Shown: in pieces, positions 34,501-45,300 of the stretch
How the letters are laid out: every line of letters starts with the position of its first letter
Numbering within the stretch: position 1 is the stretch's first letter
From: Diplonema japonicum
Lineage: Eukaryota > Protista > Euglenozoa: Diplonemea
Assembly: GCA_964019335.1 (NCBI GenBank)
Contig: OZ025648.1
Coordinates: forward strand, 1,116,001-1,180,000
Length of the DNA: 64,000 bases
Direction: 5' to 3'
Notes under the pieces: generated by a model
Databases searched by the model: none
What the model saw: only the letters and a program-made list of their open reading frames with translations
What the model was told of the DNA's origin: nothing
Position numbers and translations under genes: made by a program

Positions 34501-34599
34501 GTGACTGTGCCGGTGGGGGTACCGGGGTCTTGGGACCCACACGCAGCCGGTGCACCACAGTTTTTGAACGGGGACCCCATCTGGTCGCCACATGTGTGA
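31540..34599 (+). CDS. Large His/Ser/Thr/Gln/Gly/Ala-rich low-complexity repeat protein
   Basis: 3-kb stop-free frame with short unique N- and C-terminal segments; ATG placed after an ACACAG acceptor-like site at 31526. Confidence 0.7.
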   Translation: MPNGAHLLAWAPAHHWHTAVKQHGHALRWFKPTGTGHHGHGVARSHAHTGHSAHTGHSYHNHGSSGDSGTEHASSTETGTSGDAHRSTQGHPTNTHSSQSHEQSTHHTAGQNNQTFSASANKESHGSSHPEGPTGKASTTATATSSGHPVHNTSQTSSHSRSTGPAGAKEATMKHTTGVSEGASHGPRAGNAEQHSTAGPAKHDMSNSSAVPGETSGAQASAHSAAGNNGTGKAHHVHSTHERSSTASRTFHHTTEGQAEVGHETTMHSNTSGRAGHPEASSTAESSSSAGAAGHGNLPDTAGSHAAQSAHSSGRAHTSHATDPSAANIHKTTTAETASSTSHAPQSGSQPSSHTNHSSRQPNTSSATGMSAHTAKADISQASSNQTSNSQTAHTTNQAGQATSHVDQAASTHSQANVSQQTHTSQATSQTAHTSNQTSQAATGTSVGSHANSNQFPSTRSSTQADSHANSGGQATSHASHTGMHANTQADSGQATNTSSHASQETHSTGEAGSSRTTYGSQAHGQSHAHTDVKHASQTSQDPLGRSRSSQAHSTHATGDHAASQEMGTRTSASSSHNGHAGETNSKASHVGSSGHVPGAASQGSHAQSGQSTHTSHTETGGTSQQANHGHSDATTGTHAQSGYSSSHPEAAKTAQPASQGPQAQSGQSTHTSHTETGRTTQQANHGYASGSHAQSGQSNSNTEAATTAQPASQSSQAQGNPQPASQGPQAQSGQSTHTSHTTGGTTQQANHGHGNATTGTHAQPASQGSQAQSGQSTHTSGSHAQSGQGGSHTEAAKTAQPASQGPHDQSGQSTHTSHTETGGTTQQANHGYASGSHAQGQGTHTEPGKATQANHGSQAQSAQSTHPSNTEGARASDTAHKTAGASGHAKGHNQSDSQHTGQTNTARHEQRSTPSANTSTHSGANSGPGNAAGAKPKRKLRMGKIHTKNGGSYLPTGTKATYQGPPVMASAVPMSSITAGHGNMPAVTVPVGVPGSWDPHAAGAPQFLNGDPIWSPHV
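33340..34140 (+). repeat. Shuffled coding repeats (QPASQG.QAQSGQSTHTSHTETGGTTQQANHG)
   Basis: caatcgggacaaagcacacatac and cagcaggcaaa(c/t)catggc blocks each recur several times. Confidence 0.85.
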
Positions 34600-34693
34600 C
34601 CTTTTCTTAATTTACACGGTAACATTGTTGTTCTGCTGTTTCGCATGTGTTAAACCATTGGCACAGAAAACACACTTATTTTAAAACAGAAAA

Positions 34694-35143
34694 ATGGCCG
34701 CCCTCACCGACGAGCAGATCAAGGAGGCGTTCAACCTCTTCGATGCGGATGGCTCAGGTGCCATTGATGCCGAGGAGATGGCACTGGCGATGAAGGGTCT
34801 CGGGTTCGGGGACCAGCCCAGGGAGGAGATCGAGAAGATGATCCGCTCCATCGACACCGACGCCAACGGGCTGATCGAGTACCCCGAGTTCGAGAAGATG
34901 ATGAAGGCAAAGATGGCCCAGAAGGACTCCCCGGAGGAGATCTTCAAGGCCTTCCAGCTCTTTGACATGGACAAGACAGGCAAGATCTCCTTCGCCAACC
35001 TGAAGGAGGTCGCCAAACTCCTCGGCGAGAACCCCGGTGACGACGTTCTGCAGGAGATGATCGCCGAGGCCGACGAGGACCGTGACGGTGAGATCTCCTT
35101 CGAGGAGTTCAAGAACGTCATGATCCAGATGAAGGGGAAATAG
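34694..35143 (+). CDS. Centrin (kinetoplastid centrin-4-like)
   Basis: Four EF hands; [39 protein letters not shown] and [23 protein letters not shown] closely match trypanosomatid centrin as recalled. Confidence 0.95.
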   Translation: MAALTDEQIKEAFNLFDADGSGAIDAEEMALAMKGLGFGDQPREEIEKMIRSIDTDANGLIEYPEFEKMMKAKMAQKDSPEEIFKAFQLFDMDKTGKISFANLKEVAKLLGENPGDDVLQEMIAEADEDRDGEISFEEFKNVMIQMKGK

Positions 35144-35489
35144 GTTGAATAGCCGAAAAAACAAATAGAAAACGAAAAAGAAAAAAGAAGAAGAAAAAGT
35201 GTTGTATTCACCCTTCCCACCCCCACCCTCTTCCACCACTTCCCAATGCGATCCAATTGAATTTCTTTAAATAAATTCAGAAAGTGAGAAGAGAAAAAAG
35301 AAAAAAGGAGTTTTATCTTGATCATGCCCACCTTTCATAGCGGTCGTTTGTACAACTTTTGCAGCCACTACGATAATTTGGTTTTTTTTTGTCCCCCCCC
35401 ACCCGTTGCTGTTTTCTTGTTTTCATCATTCGGCTTAATAATAACACACCCAGGTACTCCGCCCTTCAGAGGAAGGGGACAGGGCGAGC

Positions 35490-36914
35490 ATGGCGAGTCC
35501 ATCGTGGAGGGTCATCTTCCTGACGTTTGTATGCGTGTTGGGGTTGGAAGAAGAGGAGATTCGGCCGTACCCTGAGAACTCATGGGGCTCTCGACACAGG
35601 CAGTACAGGCCACTGTCGAATGAGCCCGCGTACGAGGTGGCTGACGTGGCGAAGAAGGACGAGGGGTGGCCCGAAGTTGATGGCGAGCGAATCCAGGGCA
35701 GCAGCAACGAGGAGTACAACCGGATGACGATCAAAGGGAACATTGGGGAATACAGAAAGAACGGGATAGGCTATCTTGTGAAGGACCCGTACGAGACACT
35801 GTCGGTGTTGCCCCCGAAAGAGGGGTGTGGCAATGGGGGATTTACACCCAAAGAAACGTCTGCAGGCCGGTGTTTAGTGGCCACCAACGCGGGGTACTTC
35901 AACACGAAGACGTCGCAGTGCCACGGGACGGTGGTGTCAGATGGCAAGGACGTCTACCAGAGCGACGAGAGCAACGTGTCGTTTGGCATCACAAAATTGG
36001 GAAAAATCGTGGTGGGGTACCTCAGCGAGAAGGAGAAGGTGCAGATGGGCTTCAAGCAGCTTGTGAACGGTGTAATCTGGCTGGTGCGCAACGGCACTAA
36101 TTACATCGACAAGTCAATAAAACAAGAGTCCCTTGACACACAGGAGTCAGGTTGCAAGGGGCCGTACGACTGCGCCTTCCGAACCATGCAGGCCGCCAGG
36201 CTGTCCATAGGGCACGACAGCGAAGGACGTGTTATCGTGCTGGCCATGGACGGGTGGGGCATGTACAACACCCACACCTACCACCCGCACAAGGGACAGT
36301 CGTTGGATGAGATGGCAGACATGATGATCTCACTGGGTGCCGTCAACGCCATCAACCTAGACGGTGGCGGGTCGGTGGGGGTGTACGAACGCGGTGTGCA
36401 GGTGAACTCACCCACCGATGTCTGCAGCAAGGAGAACGGCGGCTACAACATCACGACAATCTTGCCGCAGGCGTGCGTCAGGAGGGTGAGCACCATCCTA
36501 TGCATACACAAACGGGAATACAAAGAGTTCGGGACATGCAGCCAATCGAATGTGGGTGTCTACTTATTGACAATTCTGTGTGTGGTGGGTGTCATCAACA
36601 TTGGCGTCTTTGTTATGCGGTGCAAGGTGTACTCGGGACGCGGGCAGCCAACATCGCCTCTGGCCAACACAGGGGCAAAGCTCCCGACGTATAAACGGTC
36701 GCCTCTAGCGGTGAAGAAACTTCGCAAGAAGAGAGGCGCCAAGCAGCACCAAGGGGTTGTGGACTTGGAGCTCACGTCCCTCCCCGCCACCGGCTATGAC
36801 AACGATTCTGAAGCAGAGCCGAGTATTGCAGTCCAGCACCATGTGGACGGTGAGGATTCCGCCGATCACAGCCCCTCAAGGACACTTGCTGCTTCGCCCA
36901 ACCTGCTCATATAG
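35490..36914 (+). CDS. NAGPA: N-acetylglucosamine-1-phosphodiester alpha-N-acetylglucosaminidase-like (uncovering enzyme), type I membrane
   Basis: Signal peptide; CLVATNAGYFN, QLVNGVIWLVRNG, ARLSIGHD, NAINLDGGGS, CVRRVSTILCIH; TM helix and cytosolic tail. Confidence 0.88.
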   Translation: MASPSWRVIFLTFVCVLGLEEEEIRPYPENSWGSRHRQYRPLSNEPAYEVADVAKKDEGWPEVDGERIQGSSNEEYNRMTIKGNIGEYRKNGIGYLVKDPYETLSVLPPKEGCGNGGFTPKETSAGRCLVATNAGYFNTKTSQCHGTVVSDGKDVYQSDESNVSFGITKLGKIVVGYLSEKEKVQMGFKQLVNGVIWLVRNGTNYIDKSIKQESLDTQESGCKGPYDCAFRTMQAARLSIGHDSEGRVIVLAMDGWGMYNTHTYHPHKGQSLDEMADMMISLGAVNAINLDGGGSVGVYERGVQVNSPTDVCSKENGGYNITTILPQACVRRVSTILCIHKREYKEFGTCSQSNVGVYLLTILCVVGVINIGVFVMRCKVYSGRGQPTSPLANTGAKLPTYKRSPLAVKKLRKKRGAKQHQGVVDLELTSLPATGYDNDSEAEPSIAVQHHVDGEDSADHSPSRTLAASPNLLI

Positions 36915-38402
36915 CACGCTAGAGAAAAATAGATACGTGGGGGAGTTAGTGTTTTTTCTTTTTTTTTCTTCTTCTTTTCTTCTTTTTCTCGTCTGTCGTG
37001 CTTTTATTGTTTCGCCTGTGTTTTCAACTTTCCCGTTTTTATTTTTTTAAAGTCACCCCTAGACCTCCTGCTATCTTCCCTTACTGCGTTTTTATTACTT
37101 TTTTTTTTTGCTGGAACAAGTAAACAAACTATGAAAATAATTGTTATTGCAAAAAAAAGAGTAGAGGCAACTTGTCCGTTTACCTACTGTTGGTGAAAAC
37201 GGATTGCACAAACAATCAGCCGACTCTTTTGATTTGACTCCTTTTTGATCTCATTTTGTAATTTCTTTTTGTTGCGAAGAGGCTTTCAGCAGGCCGATCT
37301 CCGCATCAAGGAAAGGCAGCGAGAAACCGCGACAGACTACTGCAAAGCAATGGGACCTCACACCAGAGGTTGTCCTCAAGTTGGATTGACCTTGAGATTT
37401 CTTTTTTTTGGCGTCCTGCCACATACCGCAGGTACCCTTAAATGTCTCTTTTTTTTTCTTCTTCTTTTTTTTTTCCCACGCGCAGTCTCCCCTGAAAGAA
37501 AGAAAAAGTAAAGTAATCTAATGTCCTTTTTCTCTTTCTTGTGGACATCAAAGAGAGAAAGCCAACGAACACCTGTGGCTGTCGTAATGATCCTTAGAGT
37601 AAAAGGTACCACGAGCCTACGAAGGTGAACAGCCGAGGAGGGGGGAAAGGGTATTTACAGTCAGTCTTTGTGTGCCATACAGAAAAAACAACAAAAGAAA
37701 AAACAAAACAAAAATTATTTAAAATAAAGGAGAATGAAATAGAACGAGAAGTGAACCCTTTTGGTTTTCCCACCACAATTTTTTTTTTTTTTTATATTAT
37801 TCCCCAAGAACGGGTTCGACAGGCCAGTCCTTTCCAGAGCGTAACATGCTCAGCAGCAAAGGCTTGCGGAACAGGTGCCACTATCGTTGTTCTCTGTTAA
37901 GGCCACGACCACCGCCGTTGGCACCCGCCAGAGCCCTCAGAACGGGGACAGCGGGACTACACTAGCGTTGGCTACGTGTTTACGGGGTCAACTTCATTTC
38001 TACCCTTTTTTTTTTTTTTTTTTTTGCATTTGGATATCCTTTTTGTACAATGCAAAGAATGCGCACAAAGCTGAAGGAAGAAAGAACTCGAAGGGGGTGG
38101 GGTGGGTACAATTCATTTTTATTTTTTATTTTCAATTTACTTATTTCTTTCTCATTACCCCCCCTCTTTTCCCGTATCTTAATCATCTCACTACATAATA
38201 CACACGCATCCAGCGCCGTCAGCCCAGACCGGAAGCATACCAGCTCAGACCACCCACGCACTTATCCCCTATCGGTAATTCTAATGCTCTGTCTGTGGGG
38301 GTTCAAAAAAACCCGTTGATGTAAACTCAATGTTAAAAAAAAAGAAATGTCATAACAAAGGAAAGAACAAAGGGAGGGATAACACCCCTTTCATCTAAAG
38401 AA

Positions 38403-39715
38403 ATGTCAGGAAAACGACCTGTATTGGAGCCGAAGAGCATTTTCGACCTGCCCGAGCTGGTGAGTGCATTGGGTGAGGTAGGCAAGGTAATGCCCCTTTA
38501 CCCTTTCTTGTATCCCCCCCGTTTAATCCACCGCAGAACGCTGACCACGCGAGGACCATTCAGAAGCATGCCTTGAAGAACAGGGGAGAGTCCTGGAGCG
38601 CTGTGTGCAAAGGGCAGGACCTGCCGAAGGTGGTGATGCAGATGCTTGATGGTGACTTTGTGAGGTGCACGTCAACCATAATCGAGCGGCGGGAGTCGAA
38701 GGACGGGACAGTGAAGCTGATCATCCAGTTGCAGGACGGGATGGAAGTCGAGACTGTCATCATTCCGATGTCACCCGGCTACAGCACCGTGTGCCTCTCG
38801 AGTCAGGTAGGGTGTGCAATGGGGTGCACCTTCTGTGCCACAGGAATGATGGGCCTGAAGGGCAACCTCACAGCCGGTGAGATTGTAGAGCAGCTCGTCC
38901 ACGCCAGAGACGCTGCTGGCACCAACAATACCATCAGGAACGTTGTCTTCATGGGCATGGGTGAACCCCTGCACAACTATGACAATGTTCTCACGGCGGC
39001 ACGCACCTTTATCGACCAAAAGACCTTCAGCCTCCCCTCCTCTGGCGTCACCATATCCACTGTGGGCGTTGTGTCCAGCATCAAAAAGCTCGCCCGTGAT
39101 GCCCCCTGGGCCCGCCTCGCCTTCTCCCTTCACTCACCAGAGCAGGAAACACGGAAGGTGATCGTTCCCTCTGCCAACAAGTTCTCCCTCGACAACATCA
39201 TCGAGGCGATCGAGTACTTCACGGAGAAAAGCAAAAGTAAGGTCATGATAGAATTTACGGTCCTCAAAGGCACCAACGACACCCCAGAGACGGCACAGAA
39301 GGTGGGGAAGCTCTTGCGCGGCAAGCATGTGCAGGTGAATCTGATCCCCTACAACCCTACGTGCGTGAAAGAAGAATTCCAAGTGCCGTCTGAGGAGGCA
39401 GTGGAGACTATGTGGCAGATACTCGTGAAGCAATTCGACCTGAAATGTACTATCAGGCAGCAGCACGGAGTTGATATCGGTGGGGCTTGTGGACAGTTGG
39501 CACTGAAGCGTGATGGCGGGAAGGTGCTGGCCGACATGGAAGGCATCTACCAACCACCTGTGAAGCATTATCCGAATGCCCCAAGGGGGGGAAAGAGCAA
39601 GCAGGAAAAACTGAAAAAGAAAGTTGTCAGCAGCCAGCATTGGATACCCATTGCCGTGTGTGTGCTGGTGTTCATGTTGTCAATGCTCGCGCAGTACTAC
39701 AGCATGGATAAATGA
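38403..39715 (+). CDS. RlmN/Cfr-family radical SAM RNA methyltransferase with C-terminal TM helix (exons 38403-38486, 38537-39715)
   Basis: SKDGTVKL, CLSSQVGCAMGCTFCATG (CxxxCxxC), VFMGMGEP, VNLIPYN, GGACGQL. Confidence 0.92.
38487..38536 (+). other. Spliceosomal intron, 50 nt, phase 0 (RlmN-like)
   Basis: AAG|GTAATG...CCGCAG; links ATG 38403 in frame to the main ORF. Confidence 0.82.
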
Positions 39716-39902
39716 AACCGGCTTACTTCCCATTTTCTAACCGCGGGACGTCTGGCACTGTCGTCATCCATTCTGGCACTGTCCTCATGGCGCAGGTATT
39801 CTTCCGTCTTCTTTGCATGGCCTGCGACATATCTTATTTATCAAAACATCACTTTGTTTGATATTGCTGCAGTTAAAACACAACAGATTTTATCATGGGG
39901 CG

Positions 39903-42227
39903 ATGGATGGCGGCAGCCAGACAGTATGGGCCAGGGGGAAGGCGAGGGCACAGGAAAATCGAAAGAATGGAGCTGAACAGGTAAGGGAAGCAGTTGAGTT
40001 CATGCAGCGCAAGGGAGTAGAAGTGAAAGAGGACGAAGCCGTCGGAGCAGTTGTGAATGGCGTTGTGGAACTGGAGAAGCTATTGGCCTCCAATGGGCAC
40101 AACGCACTGCAGAATATAGAACACACGCGGATGGCCAGTTGTGAGATACAACAAGAGCTAAAGGGATACAAGCAGTACATGGATGATTCCATCAGAAATG
40201 CCATGAAGCCCAGAAGGACTTTGAACACTGTCGCAGGCGCAGTGATTGCGGGGATGCGTATGCGCGGCAAGTCAAGCTTCCTCGACGCTGTGAAAGACGA
40301 GACCGTGAACAAGTGGCTGGGCATGACCCTCCAAATACCGACGAGTCCCGCAACAAATAGAGAAGTACCCTCGCCCATTATGAATTCCATTTCTTTCAGT
40401 GATGCAGTTCCCGAACCGCTCGGGGACAAGGGCCCCAGCAGCTTTCTGAGTACCCTTTGCAGTAGACGAACTGAGAATGAAAGTCCTTGTGCCACTGAAG
40501 AGCAAAGAGCAGAGTACGTCAAAGTACAGCCCCCCGACATATTGAGAATGCAACATGAAGTATCAGAGTGGAGCTTTGAGGCCAAAAGTGAACTATCGTT
40601 GTCCCGCATTGCGGTGGCCATCATGTCGAACTATAGCCTCGTTCACACTCTCTCCATCACACCACAGGTGGTGGCTGCTCTTTTCGCAGACATCGGGAAA
40701 GGCTACCAAGGCGTAGTGTACCACAACGAAGAACACGCATGTGATGTTCTACAAACTACACACAGTCTAGTATACTCTACGGGCCTTGTGTGGTTCCTTA
40801 CTGACATAGAGATCCTGTCCTTACTAGTTAGTGCTGCTGGCCACGACTACGGCCACCCAGGGCTTGACAATCACGCTTTTGCAAACCTACAGCCGGAAGT
40901 TTGCCAGGTGTGCTTTCATGTTTACGTGAATAGTTCACTCAGCTCTTCGGGGGTGCTTCGATCCTGGAGAAGGCACACATTGCCGGTATCCAACCAATCA
41001 TCGAGAGCAGACTGGGTTTTCTAGGGCCAGCCATCTTGGATCAGGTGTGGCAAAATCAAATAAACGTTAAAAGCAACACACCAGATCAAATCTAAGATCA
41101 GCACTTTCATATTAGCGACAGATATCACGAAACAAGTGAAAATGTTGAGGAGCTTCCATGCAGATCCCACAAAGGATACGCTGCTCTGCTTGGTGCTGCA
41201 TGCTGCTGACGTGTCTGGTCCGGTAAAACCCAGGGCGGCATACCTCGCCTCGGCGTCAAGGGTCATAACGGAGTTCTGGCTACAAGGTGACCTGCAGCGA
41301 GAGATGAACATCCCTATCTCGCCTATGTGCGATAAAGAGAATGTCAAGCTCAAGCAGCTCCAGTTGGGCTTCATAGGCGTCATAGTAAAGCCCTTGTTCC
41401 TAACACTCAATAAGTGGTTGGGTTTGTCAGTTCAGCTTGACTACTTGGAAAGTAATGTAGCATTCTGGTCACAAGCGAACCACTCGGCAGAAACAGATAA
41501 GGTGCTGAAGGATATTCAAAGCGCTATGGTCATCTGGCATAAGAACAACGGAGTGATGAGCTTCTACGCGGACACAAGGACAATGTTGAAAAAGATCTTG
41601 CTAGCGATTTTGATGAATGGCGAGACGGTGCCGAGCAATGAGAAAGCCCCGCTGATTGTGGCGGCCCCAACAACAACGAAGCCTGACTCGTACAGGTACC
41701 CAGGCGTTGCAACGAAAAAACACCAACCAATGTTTGCGGTGGTCAAGGTGGAGAAAGAGCACATGCCATTGACCAGCTACCCGCTGTCCGTTGCTTGTCC
41801 GCTTGTGCTGGAGGATAACCTACGGAGCCCGATGCCGTCTCGCAAGCTAGTACCCGTACAGCAGAAGTTCAGGTTGAAAGAAGTCCACAAAAGTGTCGTC
41901 CAGTCGCCCATTGCCATTGCAGAGATGGAACGTGTGTTGCATGAAGCCATCTCCCGCACCCTCCAACTGCTAGATGCCAAGGCCACATCGACAGAGCTGT
42001 ACACCAGCTTCACTAAGGTGCTAAGTAAATCAGCATCCATCAACACGTCGCACAACCATGTCTTAAGCACTACTTGGAACGCAACATGTGACAAGTGGCA
42101 GCTAAGCAAGAAGCAAGGAAAGAAACTGCGCAATGTGTGGGATAAGTGGCTTCGAGAGAAAGACGCACCAAGGCTTCCCGCTCTGCAGGGCTTGGCTCCC
42201 CAGCCGATAGTAGTACAGAGATTCTAA
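39903..42227 (+). CDS. Class I cyclic nucleotide phosphodiesterase (exons 39903-40907, 40943-41044, 41085-42227)
   Basis: YHNEEHACDV, HDYGHPG, spliced SILEKAH, ILATD, LHAADVS, EFWLQGD, QLGFI. Confidence 0.9.
40908..40942 (+). other. Spliceosomal intron, 35 nt, phase 0 (PDE)
   Basis: CAG|GTGTGC...CTCAG; restores the PDE motif. Confidence 0.85.
41045..41084 (+). other. Spliceosomal intron, 40 nt, phase 0 (PDE)
   Basis: CAG|GTGTGG...CACCAG; joins to the ILATD exon in frame. Confidence 0.85.
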
Positions 42228-42367
42228 CTCCTGTAACACAAAGAATGTTTGTTCAACTGCAGACGACCCATATTACCTCACTCCTTTTTTACAAGGGGAT
42301 GCGAGATATGCTGCTATTTTTTACCGCACTTTATACAGCACCATATTTATACAGGGTATTGCCCAAG

Positions 42368-45300
42368 ATGTTGGGCACGACAGTGTACTACCGAGATCAA
42401 GTGAAGGGATGGGTGGTGGGCAGGGTGGATGAAGTGATCGAGGGGGGCAGGCAGGTCATGTGTTGCGAGCCAGACGGCGTTGCAGTAAAGGTGAGAGGCG
42501 AAGACGTGGCTGTGGCGAGGACAGAGTCCTTAGGTGAGGTTCCCAACGAGCTAAGTTGTCTGAGTGCTTTGCACCCTGCGACATTCGTGCTAGCATTGAA
42601 GAAACGCTACGAGAGTGGTGTTGTTGGCACGATGGTGGGCAGGAACGTGCTTCTTTACCTAACTCCCACGCACAATAGCACTTTAGAGAGCATTGTTGCT
42701 TCTGACTCAAAGAAAGCTGACTATTATAACCCCTCTACACTGTACCCACCAAACTACACCGAGCCCGACAACCAGCCCTTGCAGGATCAGGTCAACGAAG
42801 GGCTCTTTGAGCCGATTGGCTGGTGGACCCATGCGAAGAGCACTTACGAAACGTGCATGACAACAGGGCGGGGCACCTTGGTATGCCTTGGTGAGGGTGA
42901 GGGCCTTGCGTGGCTGCATAGGTTGTCTGCGTACAAGATCCGACGGCAAGAAGACACTGCTGCAGTGGCCGCCATCCGACTAGGCTCCACAACTGCAAAC
43001 TTGCCGCCTCACGAAGACGAATTCCACGATGATTTGAACTATAACACAGGCTTTCCTGCACTGCAGTCGCCTTCGCAGCGAGCTGAACTGTGCCTTGCAA
43101 GGCAGGGGAACGGGCGGTGGTTAGAAAGAGACAAGGTGCCTGCGACAAGAGAGCATCTTCGGCTTACCACATTGCTTGCTGATGCTCATGCACTTCTCGA
43201 AACGTTCCTTGGTGCAGGAGGAGGTCGGAGAGGTACATCTCGCACCGACGCGGAGCTCGAAGCCCCGTATACCCATCCACCCGCTCCTCTCTACTGCAGG
43301 CATGTCAAGATGTCATATGACTCGGCAGGAGTGCTTCAAGGCTTCTTCTTAAAGGCTTATTGGACTTCGCGATCGGAAACAAAAGGTCCTCCTCATGCCT
43401 TCCGCCTTCTCGCCAACTCCAAAGGCCGCACCATGTACCTCGGCCCACACGACCATCCCACGTGGTACAGCCCCGTGCAGTTCGTGGCGTCTGGTGAGGC
43501 CTTCAAGGAGCTACAAACGTTGTTCACAAAGTTGTCTTTTAAGCCGCAAGACCTGGAAGCTATGTGGGGAGTTGTAGGAGCAGTGATGCTTATGAAACTT
43601 ATTAAGTTTGAAGAAGTAGCTGGTAAGGCAGAAATGTTTACGGAGTGTCTGGATCAGGTAGCACAGTTGATAGCTGTCTCGCCGCAGGTGTTGCGATACA
43701 CGTTGTGCCCTCCGAGGAAGTTGTCGAGGAAGGCAGCCGAGATGAAGCGGGATGCACTTTGTGACGCCTTGTACGAGGGTGTGGTGCAATGGATTATTGC
43801 AAACATGAACATGCGCTCCAACGCCGCACACGTTGTAGACGCACCGTACATCGCATCTGTCATCAACATCCCAGGGATTGCGAAACCACCTCCTGGCAGC
43901 CTTGGGACGCTTGGAGACCTCTGCCACAATATCAATGTCGACGCATTGTGGGGTCTCTATGACACTACTGTTTTCGACACCACCATGCAGACAGCCACTG
44001 CAGAAAAGTGTCCTTTAGACCCTCTTCTCGACCAGCTACGTGGACGTCCCGTACTTGAGAGACTGAACCCCCTTCTCCAAACATTGTCACATCTAGACAT
44101 GAATGGGCCTTCAGGTGTATCGGAAGAGAAAGAATGTTCTCATGCCTCAGGTGAAAGTATAAAGTATGAGCTCATCGCTGTGCCGGCGCCTCCACTTAAC
44201 GAGCTGTACAAGAATGGAGTCCTCGGCACTGCAACAGGAGACTTCGTGGAAATGCTGCTGAAGCGATGCAAGAAAGGGTCTATGGCTGCCGAGGCCATAT
44301 CTGTAATGTCTGAGCTGCTGACCGTCTCGAAGGCAGAGACGTTGTCCGCAAACTGGTTACTGTCCATCAACCCTGCCGACACACAGCCCTCGATAACCAC
44401 TAATCTACACAGCAGGCCATTAACGCCCTTCAGTGGCATCCTCGTGGAGAATGGTTTGTATTCGTGCAGAATTGTGGAAACCGCCTTGCTGGGAAAGGTT
44501 GGATACCCAGTGTACCTCCCCTTGCAGTACTTCGCATCGTTATGCAAGCCTATCATCTACCCATCCCAGCTCAAAGCGATTGGGATCATGCGTTCTGTGA
44601 AGCTCATTGCGGAAACTGTCTTCAGTAGCAAGGGTATGGCTTGGGAGAAGATGATGGAACTGCCACCATTGCCAGTCACCCCTGCGCCCATGCATATAGG
44701 GCATACAAAGGTGTTACTGACCACGGCAGCAATGGGCCGCATTGAATCAATCAGGAGGTTTACTATGAATAAACTTGCTGTCTTAATCCAGACGTTTGCT
44801 AGGGCAACACTGCCTGTGAGAATATGGAAGATAAACCATAATGCGAGGACGATCCAAAAGTTTGGAAGGATTAGGATAAGCAGAGGCTTTGCTGCAGAGC
44901 TACTTGCAGTTCGGAGTATGAAGGTGATCGCTGCGGAGATGGTGTCGCTCGAGAGTAGGAGGAGAACATGGAGGTCTATCCATGGTGTAGCAACATCACG
45001 CTTGACGTACGCCGCACTAAAGAATCTACTTGCGAGTCAGGCAAGAGACCAGGAATTGTTCGTTGAGAAAGCCCTCAAGGCACAGTATGAGTACGGGTTA
45101 CAAGAGTCAGAAAAGCTCCAACACCAACTTCTTAAAGAAAGGGCACAGCTTCACCAAGCAATGCAGAAAACTGAGTGCCAGTCAGTCGTTTCTGATGAAA
45201 GCACACTGCGTCAGTTCTTGGTGTCGAACGAGATCACAGCACGGCAAGTCATTCGGCAGGCACTTATACCCCTCTCCTTTCAAGCATCTGAATGCACTGC

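Noticed and set aside
37800-37990. GC-rich island with GGTTCGA (B-box/tRNA-like)
   Set aside because: No cloverleaf or A-box, and an incomplete B-box; an ncRNA call is not supported.
39751-39788. Short tandem duplication tctggcactgtc(g/c)tcat
   Set aside because: Two copies only, with no evidence of function.
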